In this document: piece after piece, positions 54,673 through 62,957 of the stretch
Position numbering within the stretch: the first letter of the stretch is position 1
How the letters are laid out: each line of letters begins with the position of its first letter
IMG/VR virus record: IMGVR_UViG_3300028895_000202
Coordinates: 6,930 to 70,929 of that record
Strand: one strand, 5' to 3'
Source: a virus
DNA length: 64,000 nt
Notes under the pieces: model-generated
Told to the model about the DNA's origin: nothing
The model's input: only the letters and a program-made list of their open reading frames with translations
The model's database searches: none
Position numbers and translations under genes: made by a program

Positions 54673-54868
54673 AGACGAAAACCAATGGCATGTCCCGTAT
54701 GACGGTGGCGACGAGTTCGAGGAGTACGACAAGGACGCCCTGGATCTGTTCTTCGACAGAGCCAATATTCGTTACGGCAAGAAGCGTAAGGCGGCTATCC
54801 CGCTGCCCGACGCCATCACTGTTCCTAGGCTTATTGACGAAATGAATCTCTGGTGGTGCAACAATTGA
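54662..54868 (+). CDS. Hypothetical protein
   Basis: GGAG RBS; overlaps neighbouring genes. Confidence 0.5.
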   Translation: MHSEDENQWHVPYDGGDEFEEYDKDALDLFFDRANIRYGKKRKAAIPLPDAITVPRLIDEMNLWWCNN

Positions 54869-55227
54869 AGATCGAGGCTGAAGACTTTACTCCGGACGCT
54901 TGCGAGAGCAAGAATCGTACTGGATCCCCTCGGTTCACTGTAGGTGAGATGTTCGTGCTGGCTACAGTAGCGTCGCAGATTGTTGACAACATCAACCAGG
55001 ACATCCGAGACGTAGGTACTGACGTTTACTACCACGAGTGCCGTGTTACTAACGCTGCCAATAGGATCGTGATGTCGTTCAAGAGCGGTATGCCCAGGGC
55101 TGAGGCTAACCTATCCCATGATTCAATCGATGAGGGCAGCGCGCTCGTGTCGGTCGAGATCGTGGGTGGGCTGTCCACCCCAGGCACTCGTCAACTCGCC
55201 AAGGCCCTGTCTCGGTGTCTGATTTAG
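54853..55227 (+). CDS. Hypothetical protein
   Basis: ORF track. Confidence 0.5.
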   Translation: MVQQLKIEAEDFTPDACESKNRTGSPRFTVGEMFVLATVASQIVDNINQDIRDVGTDVYYHECRVTNAANRIVMSFKSGMPRAEANLSHDSIDEGSALVSVEIVGGLSTPGTRQLAKALSRCLI

Positions 55228-55229
55228 CC

Positions 55230-55421
55230 ATGACTGAACGCAAGTGGGAGAACGACGAGGACGAGGTCGAGCGCCGGGAAGAGCACGCACCGGACGGCGC
55301 ACTGTCCAACTTTGTCGATTACGATAGGCTTCTGGTTGAGATTATGGAGATCATGGATGAGATTGGCGATGACGACGGTGACTCGTCTGTGTCAATCGAA
55401 AGCGAGGATTCTTATGACTGA
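55230..55421 (+). CDS. Very acidic small protein
   Basis: 63 aa dominated by D/E. Confidence 0.55.
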   Translation: MTERKWENDEDEVERREEHAPDGALSNFVDYDRLLVEIMEIMDEIGDDDGDSSVSIESEDSYD

Positions 55422-55743
55422 TGCAACTAACTACAAGGGTGCGCGCAGCATCATCGCGCTCCTGACGCTTCTCGGTCTCTGCGCGTGTGCGATTGAGTTC
55501 GCCGTATCTGTTGGCACGCTTTTGTACGCCCTCTCGTACAACGGCGCGTTCAGCTACGTGTCTGCCGCCATAGGCATGGTCCTGTCCGTGGTCGGCTTCG
55601 TAGCCACGATGGCGATGTTCAACGCTCTGAGCGTTGTGTTCGACATCGCTGACAGGGCTGCGGATCAGTGCTACGTGCTGCACAAGATCAAGGACGAGGT
55701 CAAGCTGATTCGGCAGAACTCCGTTCCGGGAGAGTTCGAGTAG
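55414..55743 (+). CDS. Two-TM membrane protein
   Basis: Two long hydrophobic segments; GAGG RBS. Confidence 0.6.
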   Translation: MTDATNYKGARSIIALLTLLGLCACAIEFAVSVGTLLYALSYNGAFSYVSAAIGMVLSVVGFVATMAMFNALSVVFDIADRAADQCYVLHKIKDEVKLIRQNSVPGEFE

Positions 55744-55761
55744 ATTTCCTCTCGAAATGGC

Positions 55762-55839
55762 TTGAGTTCTGGCCGCCCCCGTGCGATATTCCCCCTGTCG
55801 CCAACGGGGGCGGCGTTTCACCTACCAGGAGACACGAGC
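55762..55839 (+). promoter_or_regulatory. Early promoter/leader cassette
   Basis: TTGAGT-17-GATATT; GTCGCC..GGCGGC hairpin; AGGAGACAC RBS. Confidence 0.6.
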
Positions 55840-56067
55840 ATGTACCACTACGACGACGAGCAAGTCCAGCGTCACAAGCTGGAGTACGAGCAGGCCAGGA
55901 TGGCGCGCCGCGATGCGTGGGTCATCGCCAACGGCGGCACCGAACAACCCTTTCAGGCTGCTGACAAGAACTGGTACGTCTACGTTCACAACTTCCGTAC
56001 GGGCAAGCACGGCTATCTCGGCCTGCACAACGACGTGGTCATCGACAACGTGGAGGTGGTGCTGTGA
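55840..56067 (+). CDS. Early hypothetical protein
   Basis: ANGGTEQPF motif; cassette RBS. Confidence 0.7.
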   Translation: MYHYDDEQVQRHKLEYEQARMARRDAWVIANGGTEQPFQAADKNWYVYVHNFRTGKHGYLGLHNDVVIDNVEVVL

Positions 56068-56294
56068 TCCGTAAGATCTCGGAGTACCAGTGGCGAGTCC
56101 GGTATGAGCCGCTGCACTGCTCCAAGTGCTTGGACGCTCTGGTTGACCCCTACAAGGAGTCCACTGGCGACTACTTCACCGTGGGCGGTCACGTCTGGGA
56201 GGCGTTCGAGAAGCGCCTCGGGCGGGCCGAGATCGTCGTTTTCGCCGTGTGCGCGGACTGCCAGAAGGACGGTGAGCCGAGGGTGGTGCGATGA
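56064..56294 (+). CDS. Small Zn-finger protein
   Basis: CSKC...CADC. Confidence 0.55.
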   Translation: MIRKISEYQWRVRYEPLHCSKCLDALVDPYKESTGDYFTVGGHVWEAFEKRLGRAEIVVFAVCADCQKDGEPRVVR

Positions 56295-56737
56295 GGGTCC
56301 TCGTTGCTATGGTCGCGCTTGCCAGCCTCGCCTTCGGGCAGGCTGGCGCGTCGGCCAGCAAGGCCATCGAGGCCAAGGACGGGAAAGCGTGCGCGGCCTC
56401 GTTTGTAGATGCGATCGAGGTCAACGTTCGACCGGAGTGCCGCGATCGGCTTGCACCTATCGTGGCTGCAATCCGGTACGCGGAGAATGGAGGGCGAGGC
56501 CGGGAGTACGGCATCCTCCACCCCAGGGTGAAGCCGACCTACAGGTCGCAGGCTGGATGGTGCGCTGCCACCGTGCAGAAGAACTACGATAGATGGAAGA
56601 AGGCTGGCAGTAAAGGCGAGTTTATCGCCTATCTAGGGGCTAAGTACTGTCCAGTTGACGACCCGAGGGACAAGGAAGGCCTGAATCGGCATTGGGTTAG
56701 GAACGTCACGTACTTCAGCAAGAAGTTCACGGATTGA
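56291..56737 (+). CDS. Signal-peptide lysozyme-fold protein (candidate endolysin/transglycosylase)
   Basis: AAIRYAENGG (putative catalytic Glu); LGAKYCP...LN.HW..NV C-terminus. Confidence 0.5.
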   Translation: MRVLVAMVALASLAFGQAGASASKAIEAKDGKACAASFVDAIEVNVRPECRDRLAPIVAAIRYAENGGRGREYGILHPRVKPTYRSQAGWCAATVQKNYDRWKKAGSKGEFIAYLGAKYCPVDDPRDKEGLNRHWVRNVTYFSKKFTD

Positions 56738-56739
56738 GC

Positions 56740-56820
56740 TTGAACCCGGGCGCTCATGGCCTATAATCTCTTCGTCGTGGCAAGGAGAGCCGCGACTCGA
56801 ACTCAACCACATAAACTACC
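56740..56820 (+). promoter_or_regulatory. Early promoter/leader cassette
   Basis: TTGAAC-16-TATAAT; GTCGTGGC/GCCGCGAC hairpin. Confidence 0.7.
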
Positions 56821-57012
56821 ATGAACGAGATCACCTTTGAGGAGTTTGTCGAGCGCCTTCGTTGGCTTGACTGGTACTACATGATGTCTGAGGACCCGTC
56901 GGCGTATCGCCGTGGGTGCGACGCGATCCGCAAGTACCGCGAGATCGCTGAGAGCCACGGGCAGGACTGGGTCGCTGCGTTTGACGCCGAAGAGCGCAAG
57001 CACTGCATTTGA
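56821..57012 (+). CDS. Early hypothetical protein
   Basis: DWYY.MS.D...Y.RG motif. Confidence 0.7.
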   Translation: MNEITFEEFVERLRWLDWYYMMSEDPSAYRRGCDAIRKYREIAESHGQDWVAAFDAEERKHCI

Positions 57013-57031
57013 CAACGGAGGGCTAGATACG

Positions 57032-57436
57032 ATGAATAACCAAGAAATCATCAAAAGCCTTGAGGCAATCATTGAGAGCCTGAAGACTGAACAAGAAACC
57101 ACTACCTTTGATTTTGGTAATGGACCTGTTCCTGCCCATAGGCACAAGAACCCTGATGGTAGTATCGGTGGTTGGGTAGCTAATACTGCCTATGTTGCTG
57201 ATACTGCCTATATTGGCGAAGATGCCTTGGTGTATGGCAATGCCAAGGTGTTTGGCTATGCCAAGGTGTATGATAGTACTAAGGTGTTTGGTAATGCCAA
57301 GGTGTATGATTATGCCAGGGTGTATGATAATGCCAGGGTGTTTGGTACTGCCTTGGTGTATGGTAATGCCTGGGTGCATGGTACTGCTATGGTGTGTGAT
57401 TATGCCGAGGTGTGTGGAGTGGAAGAAGTAAATTAG
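57032..57436 (+). CDS. Hexapeptide-repeat (left-handed beta-helix) protein
   Basis: H.NPDGS.GGWVA followed by (VYGNAK)n repeats; AT-rich codon usage. Confidence 0.8.
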   Translation: MNNQEIIKSLEAIIESLKTEQETTTFDFGNGPVPAHRHKNPDGSIGGWVANTAYVADTAYIGEDALVYGNAKVFGYAKVYDSTKVFGNAKVYDYARVYDNARVFGTALVYGNAWVHGTAMVCDYAEVCGVEEVN

Positions 57437-57487
57437 TAAGGAAAGGAAGCTACTAGAAGAACTACAGGCTAAGTACGGAGAAACCAA

Positions 57488-57979
57488 GTGAACATCTTCT
57501 ACCTCGATCACGACCCCCGTATCTGCGCTCAATATCACGCTGACGTTCACGTCGGAAAGATGATCCTTGAGACTGCCCAACTTCTAAGCACCGCTCACCG
57601 GGAGACGGACAGCATTTACTCCGACCTAGTTTACAAGAGCACGCACAAGAATCACCCGTCTGCGATCTGGGCACGTGCTTCACAGGACAACTATAGCTGG
57701 CTCTATGAGCTTTTCCGTGAGCTGACTAACGAGTTCTTCTACCGCCGCGAGAAGGTTCATATGTCTTGGGCCAAGCTAAAGTCTCCGCTTGCCAACAACC
57801 CAGACCTCCCCACTATCGGGTTCACGGAGCCCCCGCAGTGCATGCCCGACGAGTACAAGGTAGAAGGCGACGCTGTTTCGGCCTACCGAAGGTACTACAT
57901 GGGCGCCAAGGCGGATATCGCTAGCTGGCGATGGGGTCGTCTCGAACCCTACTGGTGGGACGTCCCGGTCTCGGTCTAA
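57488..57979 (+). CDS. Pyrimidine-dimer DNA glycosylase/DenV-related protein
   Basis: MNIFYLD.DP...A..H.D.HV.KMILE.AQLLSTAH; H.NHP; PQCMPD.YK; AYR.YY. Confidence 0.8.
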   Translation: MNIFYLDHDPRICAQYHADVHVGKMILETAQLLSTAHRETDSIYSDLVYKSTHKNHPSAIWARASQDNYSWLYELFRELTNEFFYRREKVHMSWAKLKSPLANNPDLPTIGFTEPPQCMPDEYKVEGDAVSAYRRYYMGAKADIASWRWGRLEPYWWDVPVSV

Positions 57980-57994
57980 ATCGGTGTCGCGTAC

Positions 57995-58180
57995 ACTCCG
58001 GCTGCGGTTATTGGCGTCGCTGTCGGCTGGAGTCAGGTGGGTTGGCCTGTTCTGTCACCCACCGTTTTTGAACACCTCGTGGTAGGTGTCTCCTTCGATC
58101 CGTCTGCCCGTCGAGCACGGGTGGTAGCGTGCAAAGCGTGCGTCACACGTCATGTGTGTCGTATGCCGGGCAGGCGGGTC
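57995..58180 (+). ncRNA. Candidate structured RNA upstream of tRNA-Arg
   Basis: Three hairpins plus a 14-bp stem (58097-58110/58167-58180) enclosing two sub-stems; many G-U pairs; no ORF. Confidence 0.4.
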
Positions 58181-58191
58181 ACCCTCCCCAC

Positions 58192-58268
58192 GCGCCCGTA
58201 GCTCAGCAGGATAGAGCATCGGATTCCTAATCCGAGGGCCGCAGGTTCAAGTCCTGCCGGGCGCGCCA
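58192..58268 (+). tRNA. tRNA-Arg (anticodon CCT)
   Basis: GCGCCCG/CGGGCGC acceptor stem; TCGGA-TTCCTAA-TCCGA anticodon arm; GTTCAAGT T-loop; GCCA end. Confidence 0.95.
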
Positions 58269-58305
58269 CTTACGTCAGCCTGCGCGGATTTCCGTCAAGT
58301 AGTGC

Positions 58306-58381
58306 TTGAGGTCTCGCCTACTCAGGCTAGATTCTCTCCGTCGCGGCAAGGAGGCCGCGCCAACCAACAACAACACACGCC
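58306..58381 (+). promoter_or_regulatory. Early promoter/leader cassette
   Basis: TTGAGG-16-TAGATT; GCGGC-AAGGAG-GCCGC hairpin; CA-rich leader. Confidence 0.7.
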
Positions 58382-58663
58382 ATGCAGAACGCCATCACCA
58401 AGCCCGCCCGCCTCGCCTACGTCATCTCCCGTGGTGAGGGCCGCGCCGACGACCGCTGGCCCGTCGGGGAAACCCGGGTCTACACCACGACACAAGCCTA
58501 CCTGATGAACGACGACCTGACCAGGGCAGCCAACGACCTCACCCACCCTGGCTACGACAAGTTCGACGTGGAGGTCATCTACAGCGACAACAGCCGCACC
58601 CACCACCGCCTGGACCTCGACTCGCACTTCTGCGGCCTCTTCCACGTCGAGGTCCAGCCTTGA
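58382..58663 (+). CDS. Early hypothetical protein
   Basis: Follows a cassette; high-GC3 codons. Confidence 0.7.
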   Translation: MQNAITKPARLAYVISRGEGRADDRWPVGETRVYTTTQAYLMNDDLTRAANDLTHPGYDKFDVEVIYSDNSRTHHRLDLDSHFCGLFHVEVQP

Positions 58664-58671
58664 CCCCACCT

Positions 58672-58792
58672 CGGGCGAGATCTCAGGAAGTTTCCCAAGA
58701 ATCTACTTGAGATCCCGGGTTCCTCGGCTAGATTCTCCCTGTCGGCGCGACAAGGCGCCGCGACACGCCACCCCAACACAGGGGACACTACC
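58672..58792 (+). promoter_or_regulatory. Repeated ~120-bp promoter/leader cassette
   Basis: TTGAGA-16-TAGATT; strongly similar to 59836-59950 and 60369-60485. Confidence 0.8.
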
Positions 58793-58990
58793 ATGCAGAA
58801 CGTGAAGAACATCATCAAGGACATTCAGGACGACCTGTACGAGGCGCTCGCAACCGACCTAGAACGTGGCGTAGCGTGGATGAACGACGAAGCCTGGGAG
58901 AAGTGGAGGAAGGACTACCCGACTCTCAATAGGGCAATTCAAAAGATTCTCGACATCGAAACCGAAAAACCTCTTGACGAGACCGCGTGA
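58793..58990 (+). CDS. Early hypothetical protein
   Basis: Follows a cassette. Confidence 0.7.
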   Translation: MQNVKNIIKDIQDDLYEALATDLERGVAWMNDEAWEKWRKDYPTLNRAIQKILDIETEKPLDETA

Positions 58991-59310
58991 GTCCGGTGGA
59001 AGACATGCAGAAGACGTACTGGGAGATGACGGCGAACAGCATCGAGGCACTCGACGAACTGCGCCAGCTGATGGCGATGGACAGCTTCGGTCGTGAGGAC
59101 GTCGAGTACTTCGTGCAGGCGGCGGACTACGCCGAGCTGACGCAGGGGTACAACTGCGAGACGGAGGCGGCGGCCACGCTGCTCCGCAAGCTGGCCGTCC
59201 GCCTGCTGACCGAGGGTTCGGGGATCCTCGCCATCGACGGTATCCTGCGCGACGAGGGGGCGACGGCGATCTTCGGGATGGAGGCTGAGGGCTCCTTCTC
59301 GTGGGACTAG
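58987..59310 (+). CDS. Acidic hypothetical protein
   Basis: GTGA-coupled ORF. Confidence 0.65.
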   Translation: MSPVEDMQKTYWEMTANSIEALDELRQLMAMDSFGREDVEYFVQAADYAELTQGYNCETEAAATLLRKLAVRLLTEGSGILAIDGILRDEGATAIFGMEAEGSFSWD

Positions 59311-59378
59311 CGCCGCGACCGTCATAAGCTGTTTGGCTGCAAGAGGTTACGGAACCCTGGATTTCTGGCAGAAGATGC

Positions 59379-59454
59379 TTGAGATCCAGGGTTCCTCGGC
59401 TACATTCTCCCTGTCGCAACAAGGCGACACCAACGCCACCCCAACACAGACGCC
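59379..59454 (+). promoter_or_regulatory. Early promoter/leader cassette
   Basis: TTGAGA-16-TACATT; TGTCGC-AACAAG-GCGACA hairpin. Confidence 0.75.
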
Positions 59455-59826
59455 ATGCAGAACACCATCCACGAGATCAAGCTCTCCTCCTCCCGCTCCA
59501 CCCTCACGCTGCACGGCCAGTACGTCGTCGATGCATGGGAACTCCAGCGCGAGTCCGACGATACCTGCCAGCGCATCCTGTCCATCAAGGACAAGATGGA
59601 GTGGTTCGACGGGTTCGCTCCCAAGGGCTGGCACCTGGAGTGCGTGATCCGCGATCGTGCCGGGTACGACGGCCAGCTGGAGGTCCGCTGCTCCCTGGTG
59701 CTGGATCCTGAGGTCGCCCCGACCGCCACCCTCGGGTCCGAGATGCTGCCGCCCAGCTGCACCCTGGAGCAGGCCGAGGGGGCCATCCACGCGATGCACA
59801 TGATGGTCGGGGGCTGGCTGTTCTAG
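59455..59826 (+). CDS. Early hypothetical protein
   Basis: Follows a cassette. Confidence 0.7.
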   Translation: MQNTIHEIKLSSSRSTLTLHGQYVVDAWELQRESDDTCQRILSIKDKMEWFDGFAPKGWHLECVIRDRAGYDGQLEVRCSLVLDPEVAPTATLGSEMLPPSCTLEQAEGAIHAMHMMVGGWLF

Positions 59827-59835
59827 CCCAGCCTA

Positions 59836-59950
59836 GGGCGAGATCTCGAAACTTTCCAACGAAGCTACTTGAGATCTCGCCAGCCTCTGCTATATTCCCC
59901 CTGTCGCAACAAGGCGGCACCAACACCACACCAACACAGGAGACACTACC
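59836..59950 (+). promoter_or_regulatory. Repeated promoter/leader cassette
   Basis: TTGAGA-16-TATATT; hairpin; AGGAGACACTACC before ATG. Confidence 0.8.
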
Positions 59951-60349
59951 ATGGTCAAGACCTACACCATCACGCGCAAGTCCAGCACGTACATGGAGGT
60001 TCCCACCACCACCGCCCTCCGTGCCATCCCGGAGGTCGAAGGCATGATCACGGGCGTGATCGTGTGGGAGGGGGTCACGAAGAGCGACCTCGCTGACGCG
60101 CACTACAACGCCCGCCGTGGCTGGCCGTCTACTCCCCGCGTCACGATGCGGGTCGTCGGACGCAACGGGGAGGTGTACTTCGGCACGAAGCCGAAGGCCC
60201 TCATCGGGTTCCAAGCGAGCGCCGTGGTGGCCTTCAAGGCCTCCTCCGTGTCCGAGTCCAAGAACGGCGCCGTGTCGTACTTCAAGCGTCCCAGCAAGGC
60301 CCGCGAGCTGGGCAGCCTGACGGAGGAGACGGGCTTCCTGCCCGCCTGA
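59951..60349 (+). CDS. Early basic hypothetical protein
   Basis: Follows a cassette. Confidence 0.7.
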   Translation: MVKTYTITRKSSTYMEVPTTTALRAIPEVEGMITGVIVWEGVTKSDLADAHYNARRGWPSTPRVTMRVVGRNGEVYFGTKPKALIGFQASAVVAFKASSVSESKNGAVSYFKRPSKARELGSLTEETGFLPA

Positions 60350-60368
60350 TCCCCTCACCTCTCACCCT

Positions 60369-60485
60369 CGGGCGAGATCTCAGGAAGTTTCCCGAGAATC
60401 TACTTGAGATCTCGCCTTCCCAGGCTATATTCCCTCTGTCGCAACAAGGCGGCACCAACACCACCCCAACACAGGAGACACTACG
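60369..60485 (+). promoter_or_regulatory. Repeated promoter/leader cassette
   Basis: TTGAGA(60404)-16-TATATT; hairpin; AGGAG RBS. Confidence 0.8.
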
Positions 60486-60731
60486 ATGTACAAGCTGGAC
60501 CTCCCCTACGACCTGCTCCTCTCCGCTCCCCGGCTTCTCGACGCGATGGTCTACGAGCGCAAGGGTGCCTTCGGCCTCGCCATCTACACCATGAACGGCA
60601 TGATCGCCCTCCGTCAGGAGCTGGAGGCCACCTCCGACGCCGACGCCATCCAGGAGGCCTACGCTCTTCTCCAGGCGTGGAAGGGCTTCGACGAGGAGAC
60701 CCTGGAGACGCTGGGCGTGAAGGCCGCCTGA
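60486..60731 (+). CDS. Early hypothetical protein
   Basis: Follows a cassette. Confidence 0.7.
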   Translation: MYKLDLPYDLLLSAPRLLDAMVYERKGAFGLAIYTMNGMIALRQELEATSDADAIQEAYALLQAWKGFDEETLETLGVKAA

Positions 60732-60790
60732 TCACCTCCCATAAGCTAGCCAGACTCACACCCCGACAACCAAGAAAGGAGATAGATACC

Positions 60791-60979
60791 ATGGCTTACG
60801 AGACGAAGGAATTCCTCATCTCTGCGCTTGACAGCGACGGAGAGGAGATCAGAACGCGCATGAACGTCTCCCTCCCCGAGGAATCCCCCGCCGTCTACTT
60901 CCTGGACAACGCGTACGAGTACGCATGGCGCTGGGCCTCCAGGAACGACGTCGATCCGGACACCATCGAGATCTGCTAA
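60791..60979 (+). CDS. Small acidic protein
   Basis: AAGGAG RBS; MAYETKEF...; real start lies inside track ORF 60404..60979. Confidence 0.65.
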   Translation: MAYETKEFLISALDSDGEEIRTRMNVSLPEESPAVYFLDNAYEYAWRWASRNDVDPDTIEIC

Positions 60980-60992
60980 CTCAGCATGGGAT

Positions 60993-61093
60993 AATCGACG
61001 ATTAGAGATCGAATTCTGGCTTCCGTGGGGTTGACATGACACAGAACTCATACCACTTCACGGAAGCCGAAATTCGCTCTCTAATCGTCGATT
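60993..61093. repeat. Long imperfect inverted repeat (~35-bp arms)
   Basis: AATCGACGATTAGAGA..GAATT..GGCTTCCGTG pairs with CACGGAAGCC..AATTC..TCTCTAATCGTCGATT. Confidence 0.85.
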
Positions 61094-61192
61094 TTAAGGC
61101 CTGCGAGACCACTTAATGAACATACGCACAAGTGCGTAGAAATAGGCCAAGAAAAGCGAGCTTCCCATGGGGGTTATAAGTCTAAATGTGTC

Positions 61193-61219
61193 GTAAGTGC
61201 TTATCTGACAAGAACTTAG
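61193..61219. promoter_or_regulatory. Second copy of 27-bp palindrome
   Basis: GTAAGTGCTT-ATCTGAC-AAGAACTTAG. Confidence 0.5.
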
Positions 61220-61364
61220 ATCTATACATAGCAGCAGTGCTATATGTGATAGGTATCTTGTTATGGGTTACGGTATAAGGGGAAAGGAAGAAAGAACGAG
61301 TGATGACCAACAACCCTCGCAACTAGATCACGCCCTGGAACACCTCCGCTTCTTCAGGACTAAC

Positions 61365-61480
61365 GCATACCAGCCCGACCGCCCTACCAGCATACCAGCC
61401 CTACCAGCATACCAGCATACCAGCATACCAGCATACCAGCATACCAGCCTGACCGGCCTACCAGCCCGACCAGCCCGACT
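61365..61480. repeat. 8-9-bp tandem repeat (ATACCAGC)n
   Basis: A run of perfect ATACCAGC copies with degenerate flanks. Confidence 0.9.
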
Positions 61481-61537
61481 GCATGCCGTCACACGCTCCC
61501 TCTGTCCGATTACCGTTGGCCCCATTGGTGTAACATG

Positions 61538-62092
61538 GGCTGATTACCCTCGGTCTCGGTCTCGGTCTCGGTATGAGTCGGTCTGATTACTCTCGGTCTC
61601 GGTCTCGGTATGGGCAAGTCGGTCTGATTACTCTCGGTCTCGGTATGGGTAATTTACCCTACTTACTCTCGGTCTCGGTCTCAGTAAGTCGGTCTGCTTA
61701 CTCTCGGTCTCGGTCTCAGGACAATCACGTCTGATTACCCTGCTATGAGGATAGTCGGGTCTGCTTACCCTGATATCAGGATAGTGAGGTCTGATTACCC
61801 TGCGCCAGAGTAATCAGGCGTCAGGTCTGATTATCGTCCATATCAGGATAGCGGGGTCTGCTTACCCTGTGCCAGAGTAATCAGACGTGAGGTCTGCTTA
61901 CCCTGATATCAGGATAGTGAGGTCTGATTACCCTGATATCAGGATAACCAGGTCTGATTACCCTGATATGAGGATAGCGAGGTCTGATTACCCTGATATG
62001 AGGATAGCGAGGTCTGATTACCCGGCGCCAGAGTAATCAGACGTCAGGTCTGATTACTCTGGGGGTATGAGGATAGCGGGGTCTGCTTATTG
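61538..62092. repeat. Array 1 of GGTCTG(A/C)TTAC elements (~16 units, 30-41-bp period) with (CGGTCT)n tracts
   Basis: Cores at about 61538, 61580, 61621, 61691, 61728, 61758, 61788, 61824, 61855, 61891, 61921, 61951, 61981, 62011, 62047 and 62080. Confidence 0.92.
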
Positions 62093-62154
62093 TGGGCCCC
62101 GGGGGCGCCCCTCTCCCTGTTCAGGGTAGGGTGAGGATTTCTCCGAATTCAGGC

Positions 62155-62231
62155 TTGCATCCCCGGGATCCCCGGCTATATTCTCCCTTGTCGCGGGGAT
62201 GGTCCCGCGCGCTACCTACGGAGATACGCTC
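62155..62231 (+). promoter_or_regulatory. Early promoter/leader cassette
   Basis: TTGCAT-16-TATATT; CGCGGG/CCCGCG hairpin; GGAG RBS. Confidence 0.75.
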
Positions 62232-62879
62232 ATGACCACGCTCACCTCGTCCGCTAGCTGGAAGGCGCTTGACGCCATCACCGGGGGGCTCAGCAAGCCT
62301 TCCAAGATGCCTTCCTTCGGGTGGAGCATCCCCGCGCAAGCGTGCGGGATGGGCTCGCTGCTCCGGAAGGTCAAGGGGTCCCCCTGCTCCGGCTGCTACG
62401 CTCTGAAAGGGCGCTACGTCTTCCGGAACGTGCAGGGGGCCCTTGAGCGGCGTCTGGCCCTCTACAACGCCAACCCGGCGGCGTGGGAGGCTGCTATGGT
62501 CGCGAGCATCGCGAAGGCCGGGCGCGACGTCTTCCGCTGGTTCGATAGCGGGGACCTGCAGGGGCTCGCGATGCTGGAAGCCATCGGGCGCATCGCGTCG
62601 GCCCTTCCGGGCGTCCGGTTCTGGCTCCCGACGCAAGAGCGGGGGATCCTTCGGGAGGCTGAGCGGAACGGGTGGACCCCGCCCCCGAATCTCACGATCC
62701 GCGTGTCCGGCGCTATGATCGACCGGGAGCCGACCGAATCCCTCCCCGCGTGGGCCGTCCGGAGCATGGTCCGCACGTCCGGCCGGACGTGCCCGGCGCC
62801 CGATCAAGGGAACGAGTGCCGGGATTGCCGGGCATGCTGGGACCGGGAGGTTCCCCTGGTGAGCTACGGGAAACACTAG
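62232..62879 (+). CDS. GP88-family Cys-rich protein (radical-SAM-like)
   Basis: LSKPSKMP; C..CYA.KG.Y; FRWFDSGD; FWLPT.E; P.NL.IR.S; CPA....C..CRACWD; Y.KH. Confidence 0.8.
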   Translation: MTTLTSSASWKALDAITGGLSKPSKMPSFGWSIPAQACGMGSLLRKVKGSPCSGCYALKGRYVFRNVQGALERRLALYNANPAAWEAAMVASIAKAGRDVFRWFDSGDLQGLAMLEAIGRIASALPGVRFWLPTQERGILREAERNGWTPPPNLTIRVSGAMIDREPTESLPAWAVRSMVRTSGRTCPAPDQGNECRDCRACWDREVPLVSYGKH

Positions 62880-62904
62880 GGGAAAGGGGGAGAAATCCCC
62901 CTCC

Positions 62905-62956
62905 TTCCCATCCCCGGGAATGTGCTGGAAAGTGAGCACGTTCCCGGGGATGGGAA
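62905..62956. repeat. 22-bp-stem hairpin after gene
   Basis: TTCCCATCCCCGGGAATGTGCT/AGCACGTTCCCGGGGATGGGAA. Confidence 0.85.
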
Positions 62957-62957
62957 T

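Noticed and set aside
61160-61187. dif-like Xer site
   Set aside because: Only partial similarity to the E. coli dif arms; the XerD arm TTATGTTAAAT is poorly matched.
61263-61586. 107-aa ORF across the octamer repeat
   Set aside because: Translation is low-complexity repeat read-through with no cassette promoter or RBS.
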